Origin: Tubiluchus corallicola
Lineage: Eukaryota > Animalia > Priapulida
Assembly: GCA_030141605.1 (NCBI GenBank)
Contig: JAQGDQ010000031.1
Span: 682,001 to 746,000 of the forward strand
Direction of reading: 5' to 3'
Length of the DNA: 64,000 nt
The stretch's first letter is position 1. Each line of letters starts with the position of its first letter. A program made the position numbers and the translations under genes. Shown here in pieces: positions 27,870 through 41,125 of the stretch. The notes below the pieces were generated by a model. It saw nothing but the letters and a program-made list of their open reading frames with translations, searched no databases and was not told the DNA's origin.

Positions 27870-28300
27870 TATTTATTTATTTCACGTTATACATAAACAA
27901 TAATGAAAAACAATTGATGTTTATACAAAAAACATCAGATCAATGATGTTGAGGCACTCAGGAATTAAATTACTTGCTTATAAGCGCCTATCATATTTGA
28001 ATCCATTTCAAACAGTTTTTGTAGGCTGCACTGTTTCAAGTTGAAATCCATTGTGCGGGTCAGCTATTCTAGACGTTGACAGTCCTGTTCGAGAAAAAGT
28101 CACGAAATGTCTCCTAGTGAAATGAGAGGGTGGCTGCTGGACGATGAAGCCGGGAATCTAAGAAAAGCCTGGTGCCCGAAATGGGTTTTCAATAAGGGGC
28201 TTTATTAGTATTAAATTAGTGCATGTCTGGTTAAAAAGAGTTTACTTGTAAACCCATAGACATTGAGATAACCGGATTTGTCTAAATAGAGATAGTAACA
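27870..28300 (-). pseudogene. CR1-like LINE 3' fragment
   Basis: Minus strand reads FRDFFSNRTVNV*NS*P, like FFSNRVVN.WNSLP, and ends in an aaataaataaat tail. Confidence 0.5.
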
Positions 28301-28952
28301 GTGGGTACGTTTGAGTATTTTTAACGACAACGCAAAAAATAGGTGAATAAACAAAATTAAAATGCAAAAATTGGTTGTGTTTTTGTTACTGCTTTAAATC
28401 TTCTCCCAACTTTGTCTTGCTTCAGAATAGATCTGTTAACATTCCACACTAATTTTCTGCTTTCAAAATTCTCTTCTTTTTAATATTTAATTTTACCTAC
28501 TATCCTAATTCTGTGCTTAGCTGGGGGAATTTTAAATCAATTCGGCTGTTGTTGTTTGCTGCCTTCTCATTAGTCATATGAAATGTGAAATGGGTCTCGT
28601 GCAACTAATATTTTTTGACTGATTGTGCGTTGTAGTCAGCATTTTTGTGCCTCCTTAAAATAGTAAATGATGGTAATGGAATGATGACAGTGAAATAGTT
28701 GACGGTGATGATGATCATGAGGATAGCGATATAAACGATGGTGACAGCGACAATAGTCGTGGCAATGATCCCAGTGATGATAATGACGGTGGTGACAGCA
28801 ATGATGGTGATGATTATGATGATGATGACGACGGCAACGAATTAATAATTGAATATTTGTTTCATATTTGTATGCAGATGAAATCTTTTCTGATTAGTTG
28901 ATGTCTAAGGAATTTCGTTGTTAATCGCAGAATATTTTCTTGTTTATTTCAG

Positions 28953-29061
28953 GTGCGGTGACAACAACACATCTAATCTCTGTCATTGCTGTTGCTAACA
29001 CTCTCATGGGTACCACAGCTTCGTCATTTTCACTAGAAGAACGACAGAAACTTTTACTCAA
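28953..29061 (+). CDS. WDR7: WDR7 / Rabconnectin-3 beta, internal exon (first seen in window)
   Basis: AG/GT-bounded; AVTTTHLISVIAVANTLMG resembles WDR7 AVTTQHLLSIISLANTLMS; phase fits the next exon. Confidence 0.85.
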
Positions 29062-29392
29062 GTAGGTTATCATGCCCGTCTGGCTCATCAATGTGCTATT
29101 CATTGCAGTGCAAATAGTCTTGCGGTGCCATTTAGCAAATGTTCATTTTGCCTACCTTAAAGATTTGGTGAAAAATGAGTTTTAGGGTACAGAACACCAC
29201 CTTTAAGCTTCATATTTCATGTAATAGATGTCACCACTTGCTTGATTTAAAATTATACCGTGTCAAAGTGTTTACTGTCTTAAATTAGCATTGAAGTAAT
29301 GATACTACAGTCTACCTACTTGACTGTAGTAGCTGACTGTTTGATTGTAGTGAATGCATGTTTATTTTTGCAAATCTACACCAACTTCTGTT

Positions 29393-30041
29393 AAGGGATG
29401 TTAACTATAATGATACGTATCGATAATTATTGGTTATCGTATCGATACAAAAAATTTGTTTATATTCAAGGAATATTGTTATCGTACCAAATTTGGCACG
29501 CATCGTTACTTATCGCTTACCTTTATAAAATTGCTTCACTTTTCTTTTTTTATTTATTTACAGTAATTAGGCAAAGAAGTGGCTTAAAAGTATTATTTAA
29601 AATCATAAGCTTATCACAATCATTTTCTTCTACTTTTGCCTGGCAATAATGGCTATCTTCGTTCTGAGTCATACTGACAAGTACAGGGACTCCTTATACA
29701 CTTTGATACTGATGTGCAGACATCAAATGCACTGTTCCTGTCATTTTCCCGGTCATGTGCAGCTCACATAGATAAATATTTTTAACGCAGTAACATGTTT
29801 ATCACTTGTGGCTTACTTATTTATAAATCATTATGACAAACATGCTGCTGCCATTTAAATCTACAACACTGAACACACTGAAGCACTTAATAATTTTAAT
29901 TGTTAATCATACTTTTTCTATTGTTGCATAAATTGCCTAACTTCTGTATCCTTTTTATAGTTCGAAATAATTTATTGTGTCGTTATCTGTTTGTCGATAA
30001 TGTTATCATTATCACCAAATTTGTTTTGTTTACCATCCCTG
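29393..30041. mobile_element. hAT-like MITE in WDR7 intron
   Basis: Ends aagggatgtta / taccatccctg, subterminal tatcg motifs, 8-bp TSD cttctgtt/cttcagtt. Confidence 0.65.
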
Positions 30042-31302
30042 CTTCAGTTAAATAAACAAAACGTATATTTGCAATGTTTATATTACTGATAATAATTTTT
30101 CATGCTCGACAAAGAAAAATAAATAAATTAAGTAACACAATAATGAATGATTAAATAACTATATGACTGAAAACAATTTGTTCTTTGTTAACTAAGTGCT
30201 TCTGAACCGTGTGTTGGTGACTGTAGCAGTTTTTCCAAGATTTTCCTGTCCAGTAATCAATTCTACACTGAGCAAGAACAATATCTTATCACCAGTTCTG
30301 CTCATTTTTCTTGACTTAATTCTAAAGCATGTCTAACAAATGACAAATCTTGTTTCCCAAGTCTGTTCTTATGCAGTCATAATTTATAACCGACTGCCAT
30401 TCAGAAAATATATTATAGCATTTGCATAATATTATTCGATAAAAAATTCCACGAAACCTGTCACGAGCATGGAGCATGTGTGGGTGCATATTTTTCATAG
30501 ATTTTAGAAAAGTACTAGACTGTGCATGCCAAATGAGAACCTGATTAGACTATATGCTGTTTATTTTAAACAGTTAACTAGTTAGGGGATCTCAGTAGGT
30601 TCGCTATAGTATCAAAAACTTTAATAATCTTTTGGATGACAGTGAAACATTTTTTTTCACTAACAACACTGCATTTCACATTCTTCAAAAACTTCCAATG
30701 AATATTATGATTAAGATGTAGCAAGTATATCAGCTTTTTGTTGAAATTCGAGTGTAGAGATTCAAATCTGAAAGGTGGAGGAATCTAAAAATTGCATTGT
30801 TTTTTGTTTTTTTCTGATTAATTTGTGCGAAGTAGAATAACTTTGCCCTTACTTTCCCTGTCCTTAGTTTTTGGCGAAGATCTTCTAACATCTTTGTACT
30901 GCAGCTTATTTCAACTTTGACTTGCTAATGCCAACTGACGGTTGTGCTTATGAGTGTAAATGAGGCGGTTTTGTAAAGCCCGCCACATCTATTAGGACTG
31001 CTAGGCATGAGGATGTAATTTTGTAGTGCGTCATTTTTTAAACACTTTGGCATACTGCCATCCAGTAGCTAAAGGCAGGGCCCGAAGCCTACTCAATGAG
31101 ATGCTTGTGGTGTGATCAAGGCCTAGCTGTCAAGGATGTCACTCTAAGATAAGCCACTGAACCAGCTGAAGTGTCTCAGCCATGTTCAAATGTGTATACG
31201 TCCTCCCTCTAACCCACAAATAGCAAATATTGTGAATTGTCCGGAGTAAGCATCTAAGCTAAGCCAGCACACCCCACTCACATAAAGTGTGCACCTGTTC
31301 AT

Positions 31303-31729
31303 TAGGGATGACCATCGAATGTTCGACTTCCAACATTCGAATTCAATTCGATTTGAACTAGTTTTCTTTAGTTCAAATTCGATTCAAACCAAAATTATAG
31401 ATTCAAATAATTCATCACTTCATCCACATACGTTCGTTATCATTAAAATGTTTGAAACGTTATGTAATTAGCACAAATTAGCAGTGATTTCTGTGCACAA
31501 TTTTTAAATAAATTATTAGTGATTTTACTGCAGAACAAAATTGAGTAATGTGCATGATCTTTGTAAGACTGCTTTTTAATGGTGGTTTAAAAACTTGTTC
31601 GAAAATCTTCCAAACTCCGTTCGAAATCGATTCTAATTCGATATACTGAAATACAGTTCGATTCAGATTAGAAAGTCACGAATTCGATTAGATTCGAATT
31701 CACTTTCTTGTACATAATGCTCACCCCTG
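31303..31729 (+). mobile_element. hAT-like MITE with TTCGAA-rich subtermini, copy A (degenerate)
   Basis: Alignable to the reverse complement of 58870-59303. Termini tagggatgaccat / atgctcacccctg; degenerate TSD ctgttcat/ctatccac. Confidence 0.8.
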
Positions 31730-31824
31730 CTATCCACTAGGCCATGAATCCACCAAGAACTAGTGTTATTTATTTAAACTAACAGTGTCTAAAACTGAAA
31801 CTAAATTAACAACATTTTGCACAG

Positions 31825-32035
31825 GAAACATAGACCAAAGCACATATCAGTTGATGGCAGTGAGCAGCCGCAAGAGGAAAATCTGTTCACTGTACACCAA
31901 GCCCAGATTAAGCAAGGCTGGAGTCTCCTGGCAGCTTTACATTGTGTGCTTCTTCCTGAGCTTGTGGGATTAAAGCATTACAAGTCTCCTCTGCTTCATA
32001 TGCTGGCCAGAAGATGGCAGGACCGATGCTTGGAG
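31825..32035 (+). CDS. WDR7: WDR7 exon
   Basis: QIKQGWSLLAALHCVLLPE...MLARRWQDRCLE is a WDR7 hallmark; canonical splice sites. Confidence 0.95.
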
Positions 32036-32360
32036 GTACATATGCATTACAGAAATGTTGTGTTATTGTTTCTCGTGAATCTAAGCCGCTCGGGTAATAA
32101 GGAAGCTTTACTTATTTTCTCATTCATTATTTCGGTTGCTTTCTTTGCAATTATTATTCACTCAAAACATAAAAATACTTTAAAAAGTTATTCCAGTGGT
32201 CAATTGTTGTTTCCACATACAGTTTGTTGCTTAAGGTACCTATTACTGCCATAAATATTGTACTTTTTAGAAAGCTTTTCTTAACTTAATTAGTAGTATT
32301 AGTATTTCTAGGATTATTTGGGGGTGTTATAGGTAAGTTTAAAATGAACAAATTTTTTAG

Positions 32361-32522
<162 letters not shown>

Positions 32523-33064
32523 TGACTAATACCGTAGTGAAAAAAGCTGACGCAAGCTTCTGGAAGTTTTTTAAGATTGGTTTCTTCCAATTAATATCTT
32601 CCAATTATCAACTCCATAAACTTGTTACCGGCTTATTAGTGTTGTTTGCGTCATCCTGCACAGTGCACTTTGAGAAATGTGCAGCGAGTTGGGTTTTACA
32701 TAGATTTATGACCACTACTTGAAACTACTTATCTTGTTTATTTTACAATGCATGTGACCTGGTGCTGCCATCTGCACTAAGAAATACAGACTGCTAATTC
32801 ACATTTATCTGCCAGCATGTTTAACTAGGAGGCTGTCGCAAAGTTACTAAATTAATCCTTCAAAATCTGACTATTAATTTCTGGGTCTGAAAAATGTCTA
32901 TAAAGTAACAAATTAGCGAGAGTTCATTTTTTGTTAATGAACTGTCACGTTGTGATTGGAAAGCTGACTTAAAAAGTTTTCTAATGGAGAAACTAATACT
33001 ATTCCCCACTACCCTTGTGGAATATTTTCCCATGGAAGGCGTTTACAATTCTCCACACAATTTA

Positions 33065-33165
33065 AATTCCATAACCCTAACCCTCACCCTAACCTTAATC
33101 TAACAATAATGTCAACTCTAACTCTAACCCTAATCCTAATCCTAACACTAACCATAACCATAATC
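33065..33165. repeat. degenerate (TAACCC)-like repeats
   Basis: taaccctaaccctcaccctaaccttaatctaac...ctaaccctaatcctaatcctaac. Confidence 0.6.
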
Positions 33166-33355
33166 CACTTCACGAATTAATTTCTTGTGTGTGAAGAAAC
33201 CTTCAGAGTTGGTATGTGACAATGCTGTTTGCATGATTTAGCCAGCAATCGCTGTTGTAACACTTTGTATTGCCTCTGTGATCCAGTAGTAGCATCAGTT
33301 TCCTGACTTACTCCCCGCCCTGCCCCCCCCCCCAAAAAAAAATTGCAGGAAAATG

Positions 33356-33770
33356 ATTTATGGTGTTTTCTAATAGTATTTGGTCCAGGAAATAACATAT
33401 CAAAAGTAGACTAAAATTGGAATATCACTGATGGTCTAACTATAACATCATAAAGATGGCCACCATTTGACCAAATGAATAGCTGTTTAGTTTATCAGAA
33501 TAGTCCAAAAAATTGCTCATTTTGATTTAAAAGTAGGAAGCTTTGCTCAGTGCTAGGATCCATTAAGGTGACTATTTTTGATCATCGAGTCAATCGAAAG
33601 TCGTCGATTGCAAATCCGACTCTGTTCACCATTGCTAAATACTTACTCATTCATTTTGATCAAATGGCAGCCATTTTTACTTCATAATTAGACTTTTGTG
33701 ATACTCCAGTTTCTGCCTACTTTTAATACGGTTTTCCCTAGTCCAATTACTTCATGAAAACACCACAAAT
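33356..33770. mobile_element. long-TIR foldback/MITE in WDR7 intron
   Basis: ~125-bp imperfect inverted arms (33356-33480 vs 33649-33770). Confidence 0.7.
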
Positions 33771-34481
33771 TGTAATTTTAATCGAATGGACTATTCATTG
33801 ATAAATAAAGCTGTAACCAGCAATTATAGAATGTAAGTGCAGTACGCTAAATATCTTGTTATTCACGACATCACTTGTAATTTGACACAGCATATTCGCA
33901 AGTAATCTTGTTCACTTTTATACACATTACCCCACGACTGTTCATTAGTTTAAAAAATGCAAAACTCTTGATGATGTGCTTAGTGTATGTTTGGTCAAGA
34001 AATAGTTGAATGGTCATTGTCACAGTCTGTGCTTTGCTACATTGTTTAGAAAATCACATACACATCCCAGCATGGCTAAAACACCCCTATAGTTCTTTAT
34101 TCAGTGTTTGAGAGTTATCCTGTATAAGTAGCTAGTGGCCAGTCCTACCACTTCTTAAGCATTGAATGACGATTTACAGCATGCTAAACAATTTAAAAAT
34201 TAATTGGTTGACTTACATTAGTCACTGTTCAGTACACACTAATCACTTTAAGATATGCGAGACTACTTACACTTTGTACACTTTGTTTTTCCTGTATTGT
34301 ACTTCTATTATCTTTGAAACCAGAACAGAAAACTTTGTATCAGTTTAACTGTAGTGTCCAAATGTTGTACAAAAAATCTGTTTAAACTACTAATTGCCTA
34401 CATAATGGAAAAGTTTTGTCATCAGTTTTATCTAAGCCAGTTTCAGTTGTTCTCGATTAATTGTGCATTTGTTACTTCTAG

Positions 34482-34622
34482 GTTCAAATTCTGCTGACGA
34501 TGATGCTGACTCACAGGATGGACACAACCTCGGCGGGGAGAGCGTGACGCAAACTCGTGCATCACCCAAATTCACGTCGAGGCAAAAACAAGCAACGGCG
34601 ATTGTTATGCTTGGAGTAATAG
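34482..34622 (+). CDS. WDR7: WDR7 exon
   Basis: ...SRQKQATAIVMLGVI(G); phase 1 at both ends. Confidence 0.9.
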
Positions 34623-34887
34623 GTATATTTTGAGTACTGTGCATGGTTGGTATTAACCAAGAATTTAATTGCTATCTTGTATGCTCCATCTAATCAAAAT
34701 CACGAAAATGGTAACACTGACTAGATTTGAATCATCTAGAAGTATGATAACATGTAACATGTCCTTGAAATAAATATGTAATAATTGTATGTTTTTCAAT
34801 AGCTATCTAATATTAAAATTAACATCCAAAAAACATGGAAAACTTTAAAAAAAGTTTTGGCTAGACAGCAGGATAATACTATTTTGG

Positions 34888-34945
34888 TAGGTTGTATTTT
34901 ATCACCCTATTAGGCATAGGTTGTATTTTATCACCCTATTAGGCA
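34888..34945. repeat. 29-bp perfect tandem duplication
   Basis: taggttgtattttatcaccctattaggca x2. Confidence 0.9.
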
Positions 34946-35061
34946 CTTGCTTCTTATTAAAAGGCTAACGAAGGCTTATGTTGTTGCTTTGCAACTTATT
35001 AATCATAATTACAACTTTATCTGGGTAGATGTGACATTGCATTGTCTTGTTGAATATTTAG

Positions 35062-35178
35062 GTGCTGAATTTGGTCAAGAGATAGAGACAAGCAAGAACA
35101 AACCAACCGAAGATCCGAAGAAAAAGAAAGTTCTGGAAGGATTTGGTGGTGGAAATTACAGCTTAGCCAGACACACTA
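35062..35178 (+). CDS. WDR7: WDR7 exon
   Basis: GAEFGQEIE...EGFGGGNYSLARHT. Confidence 0.93.
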
Positions 35179-35347
35179 GTAAGATTCTACATAAGCATCG
35201 ATTATTTCGATCATTTTTGAAAGACTAACCACCTCACCTTTTGAGCACTAATTACGTGGATTTGTCGTTTATTTTAAAATTGCAGCTATCTAAAGCAATA
35301 AGTAAAATAATCTTTTTGAAAGGCAGTAAGTACACAGCAACTTTAAA

Positions 35348-35989
35348 TATATGCGTGCTTGCAAACCAAAACCGTCCATAAGTCTGTATAGTTAAAACTG
35401 TTTGTATACTTCAAAGTAGAATGCACCAAAAATTGTGTTCAATGTCAATTTTTAGTTTTTTTAAAAAAAAAAGGCTAAATATATTGGACTTTTATGATCA
35501 AATCACGAGAAAAATGTTCAAAAGATATTAAAAATTCAATTTTATAACACCTTAATCTTTTCTTTTGTTGAAATCTAGTATTTTGTATTTTGAAACTCCG
35601 ATAGTAGTTTTCGATGTCAGCAGTCATTTTGCTTGCAGTTTTTTTTTGCCAAGCCCAGATCTTCATCTGGAAGAGCCATTTACTGAATTTAAACATAACT
35701 TCAGTGTGCCTTTACAATGTCCATAGCAACCAATCGTACGGTTGCTAAGCGTTTTGTAGAAATGCGACAAAAAACAATGGCTAACTTTAACAGCGATTTT
35801 CTCAAGATTATGTTTTTCAGTATGCAGGCTGCACGTCATCTTTAACGGATTATCTCAGCTTAGAAATAACATAGAGCGATGAAATTGATGTCAACATGAT
35901 ACTCATGAAATGGAGATTCAGGATATGTGAATAACTAAAAAAGCTTAATTGTCGACTTATGGACGTTTTTGCTATGTAATCAGATATAT
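35348..35989. mobile_element. TIR-bounded non-autonomous DNA element
   Basis: Left ...caaaaccgtccataagtc vs right gacttatggacgtttttg..., with ATAT ends. Confidence 0.5.
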
Positions 35990-36653
35990 CGTCAGTCATT
36001 CAAAACGAATGCTTTTACCCCAAAATAAAAAATATTAGTGATTATATACCAGCAATTTTTGTTGGTACACCTTTTATTAATTTTAACCTAATACTGACTC
36101 AGAACAGCACAAATACAAAATAGTGTTTTTTGGGTATTCATTTCATTTAGTGATGCTGCCAGCATTGTTGCTGATTGATGCTAGTGATGGCAGGACATTG
36201 TTTTACAAAGTCCATAGAATTTTGTTAAAGTTTGGGTTAAAGGTCATGGTTTAGGTTTTGTTAGAAATAACGAGCAGTAATGTGAAACAATTTTCTAATG
36301 AGAAATAAACTGCCTTCAAGACTTTAGAGCAAATTTATAAAATGGTGAGTCCCAAGAGAGCACTCATTTACATGAAACTGTCTGTTATACATTAAATTCC
36401 ACAGTTTTTCTGTTTTTCTGTTGATTATATTCCTCGAACAGAACTCATCAGTATTAGCACACATTTCATAATTATTTGCTGAAATTGAAGTATTGTTTAT
36501 CTTGAGTGCAAAATTAGCGCAATTTTTTTTGTTTTTTAACCTGTTATCTTTAACAGGACACTTTTAATCTTCCATTTACTGTCATTTTTTCTAGAATAAT
36601 TTGAAAACACTAGTTATGAAAAATGTATTTCAGTTTTTTCATTTACATATTAA

Positions 36654-36881
<228 letters not shown>

Positions 36882-37488
36882 TAAGCTCTCACAGAAATCT
36901 TAAAATCTTGATGTTTTTGTGACATGCAAGTATTTAATAAGGAAAGGCAGACACATTGCAGGAATCTAAGTTTTATTTGGTCTGTATACTGAGTGGAGTA
37001 CGTGGCTTAGCTAAGCAGCTTGAAGTTGTAAGTGTAAGAAAGAATTATTGGCAATTTTATTAAGGCTGTTATGCCTTATGTCAAGCAGATCAAGCAACGA
37101 AAACTGGAAAATGACTGTTTGTATTTTTCTACATTTTTTTACTATTACTTAAAACCAACAACTCAATTAAATCAAAATTAATGCTGATTTGTGTATGTTC
37201 ATTTGTGTTATAAAACTGTCGCTGCTTTCTTATGAAAAGTTATGTAATGTGATCAACATTTTTTTGTAACAATTTCACTTTCTTCATCTGCTGTGTGTGC
37301 AGTGAAGGAAGGTATGGCTTGAAATCAACAGTGATCTTTTGAAAAAGAATAACATTGTGAGCTAAACATTGTGATGATTAAAATAGCAGCTGATCCACTG
37401 ATTTACTGGAACATACCGAAAGTTCGAATCTGAGATGCTCCATATATTACCACATTTTTGCCATATTTGCATTCAGAGAGGAAGCTAA

Positions 37489-37839
<351 letters not shown>

Positions 37840-37934
37840 TAGTAAATATAGCTTATTGTGACAGTGGGATAGTACAGAATCCTGAGCACTTGCTTTATGA
37901 TTGCATATATTTGTTGATAATGAAAAACAAAGTA

Positions 37935-38389
37935 CCGTATTTTCCCGTGTATAAGAGACCCTTTTTTGCTCAGAATTTTCACTTTAAAAATAGGGGGTCT
38001 CTTATACATGGGAGTAAGTCTTTTCAATAAGATGCATAAATTGTGACACTAATGATTTTAAAGAAATAAGTGCTCTACAACTGTTTTGCGTGTCGCGTTC
38101 GACTATGAAGCGGTTGTAAGCAATACAAGCATCGTGACACAGGCATTATCTACTCGTTTTCTCTTTTCCTGTTACAGGTTTGCAGGTACGCACTTTAATA
38201 TATAACAGTACTCTTTTTCTACAACACATTAACTGGTTTTATTTTGTTTTCAGTACCGCACTGAGTTGAAAAAAGTTGTACTCTACCCTCTAAAAATGTC
38301 CGTCTGAAAAAACTTTTTTCCAGAATTTTTGCCTAAAAATTGAAGGGGTCTCTTATACACAAGGGTCTCTTATACACGGGAAAATACGG
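37935..38389. mobile_element. Tc1/mariner-superfamily (pogo/Tigger-like) MITE, copy 1
   Basis: Perfect 27-bp TIR CCGTATTTTCCCGTGTATAAGAGACCC with TA TSD; second copy at 57227-57709. Confidence 0.9.
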
Positions 38390-39120
38390 TAGGTTAAGAA
38401 ATTTTATTTTAGATCATGAACTAGTAAGTAAGTAAAAAATTTATTTGTCACTGAATGTTACAAAATAAACATAAACAAAAGCTAAAAACTAAAATAAAGA
38501 CGGAAAAGAGACGGGGTGGCGAAAAGACCTATGTTTAACTATGTTGTATAAAAGAGACAGAATAGTTGTCGGTGCTTTTATTTGTTTAATCAAAGATGAT
38601 TTTATTTTGAGAAACTGCAGATCTCAAAACCTGTAATATCAAATTATCTTATTGCTCAAATAACAAAATTTTAAACAGTTAAACTGTATTATAGTAAAAT
38701 GCAGATTTGCCAAATAGTAAAGTAAATGAATATCTTGTTTTCAGCTGTGGAATAAAGTCTTTATTATTTTATAAGGCTACAGGCGTGACATAAAATAACG
38801 TGTGTTAGATCTGTAACGAAATTTCATGCTGTTAATTATTTTTTTGTAAACGTCGGCCTGTAAATGGATGCATACTTTGTATATTTTTGCATTATAATTT
38901 TGTTCAATAAAAAAATTATCATCATCATTATCATCAGTTACTGTTAGTTCATTTAGTTCAGCTTAGCTACAAGTTGGCATCCAGCACTCATCAGCTGGGT
39001 CTACTTATTGTTGCAGCACTTATTGTGGCAGGACTGGAACTATCTTCACTGTTGAAATTTCTCTCTCACACCATCTTCAAAAAGATAAAGAGCCAGAGGT
39101 AGTGTGGCAGACGAAACCAC

Positions 39121-39155
39121 CCAGTGGTTACTCATCCACATACTAACCATGTCGC
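39121..39155 (-). repeat. 5S rRNA-like fragment (possible SINE3 relic)
   Basis: Minus strand atggttagtatgtggatgagtaaccactggg resembles the 5S internal control region tggttagtacttggatgggagaccgcctggg. Short match only. Confidence 0.3.
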
Positions 39156-39429
39156 ATTAAGCAAAAAGCATTGCTTTGCCCAAGTTATTCTCGAGTGACT
39201 TTCCCTTGCACAGCTGCCTTCATGAAATTAAAGTCATTACAAAAATTGTTAACTTCACAAGCTAGTAGAAACATATTTCCAAAATACTGCTGATCAATTT
39301 TTGTCCAGTTTAGTAATTATCACAAACAACTCATCTGAATTATTTTCTTGCTTTTTTCATATTTTTTTGTGCTTTACTAATACAGTTTGCATTAAATTAT
39401 ACCTGGAACAAAATTCTGTATTTTTTCAG

Positions 39430-39562
39430 AGTTACTTATAGACAAAATGCAAACAGAAGTGGCAGATTTGCTTATTGAAGTCATGGATATAGTCATTCAT
39501 TGCCTCGATCAGTCACAGATAAAGAGCAAAGGTCTCAATGAAGTGTTTCCTGCTGTAACAAG
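39430..39562 (+). CDS. WDR7: WDR7 exon
   Basis: ELLIDKMQTEVADLLIEVMDIVIHCLD...KGLNEVFPAVT. Confidence 0.93.
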
Positions 39563-40205
39563 GTTAGCGGTTGTTTAATTAAAGCTTTATAAGCATTTAA
39601 TACGTACTGTATTTATCATCATAAGTCTATTACATCTATTATAGACATTGGGCAGGCAGAATTCTAAAATAAAAAAACTGCCTTCAAGACAGGTTAATGC
39701 AGCAGTAATCCAGCAAAAAACTAGACACCGCTATGCCAGTACCCTGTTAGCACCTCTTCAAACATGTACTTGCTATTACTTGATTATTGTTGCTGCCAGT
39801 GTTGCCAACAGATACAAGAATCAGTAGCTTTTTGGATGGTGAAATTGTTCATTTGGCAACACTATCTACTACGTCTGACTTTGTCAATAGTCTACACAGA
39901 GTATGATGCTTCCTTTCTAGCTGGGTAAAGGTAGCTCCAAGTAAAGGGGTACCTAGAATAAATTGCGATAGCATTTCTCTCTTCAGATTCTGTTAGAATA
40001 GTATTTGACGTCATCATGATACCATAGACGAAAAATGACAACATTACAAGAGCAACAATTTAATATTTTACGTGCATGTACTCTACTGAATATATGTTAG
40101 TCTACTGAAAATATATATGGAAATATTTTTATATTATCGCAGGGTAAATTCTTTAATTGACCCATCCTTTTTTCAAACAGAATTTTTCTTTCCCTTTTCT
40201 TACAG

Positions 40206-40305
40206 ATTTACGATGCTGAGTTACTGCTCACAAACAAAACGACTTGCTGCAGGTGCTAAAAACGGTTTGCTGGCCATTTACGAGCTACGTGCTTCAAAAT
40301 CACAG
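40206..40305 (+). CDS. WDR7: WDR7 exon
   Basis: RFTMLSYCSQTKRLAAGAKNGLLAIYELRASKSQ (C-terminal WD40 region). Confidence 0.93.
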
Positions 40306-41020
40306 GTATAGCCTTACTACAAACACTGTGTTTTCACGAATATCAAAATTATCAAAACTTGAACTTCTGGCAGATCAACTTGTGCAGATTATTTATCAGC
40401 AACAGGAAAATTAAAAAGAAAAGATTTTGAAGTAATAAAGCTGCAACGTTAATTAAAATATAAAATGAAAAATAATTACAAAACCTAGAATTGAACTCTC
40501 GACCTATGCGTCGCGACAACGCATGCTATACCGTACAGCTGGATAGCTTTTATGTGCTATGTATATTACTTTTACTACACACATTGTGATGACTGTGGCT
40601 AGAGCATAGTATAATTTGTTGAAACAAATATAGTCAGTAAGCAGCCCTGGATTAACCATTAAGCAAAATAAGCATGAGCTTAGGGCCTCAGGGAAAGAGA
40701 GGTCCACGCAGTTTTTCAAATCAAGTAATTTCTCATAAGTAAAATATACTGGAATATGTGTGGCGCTTTTTGTGTTTGCTTGCAATTTGACTGTACAGAT
40801 AGACATTGAGATTTCATTTTACAGTTTAGAATTGTTTTTATTCTGAATTACACATCTATGGGGTACCATAATCTTTTCAATACTTAAGACCTCTTCAGGT
40901 ATTAATCCTGGTCCTGTAAAGAAGTTTCAATTAACAAGTGTTTACATGATTACATTCCATCACAATGGCAACTGGTCCAATAGAAATGCTCCATATTTAG
41001 CCTAGGCATTTTTATTTCAG

Positions 41021-41125
41021 CACATTCCTGCTCATAATGGTGCTATCACTGCTGTATCATTCTCTCCAGATGGAAAGTACATTTGCAGCTATTCTCTTCA
41101 AGAATCAAAGCTCTGCTTTTGGCAG
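41021..41125 (+). CDS. WDR7: WDR7 exon
   Basis: HIPAHNGAITAVSFSPDGKYICSYSLQESKLCFWQ, a WD40 repeat. Confidence 0.95.

Noticed and set aside
28670-28840. Acidic (Asp-rich) coding exon
   Set aside because: Degenerate (GAT/GAC/GGT)n low-complexity tract without convincing splice sites; similar to 21103-21191.
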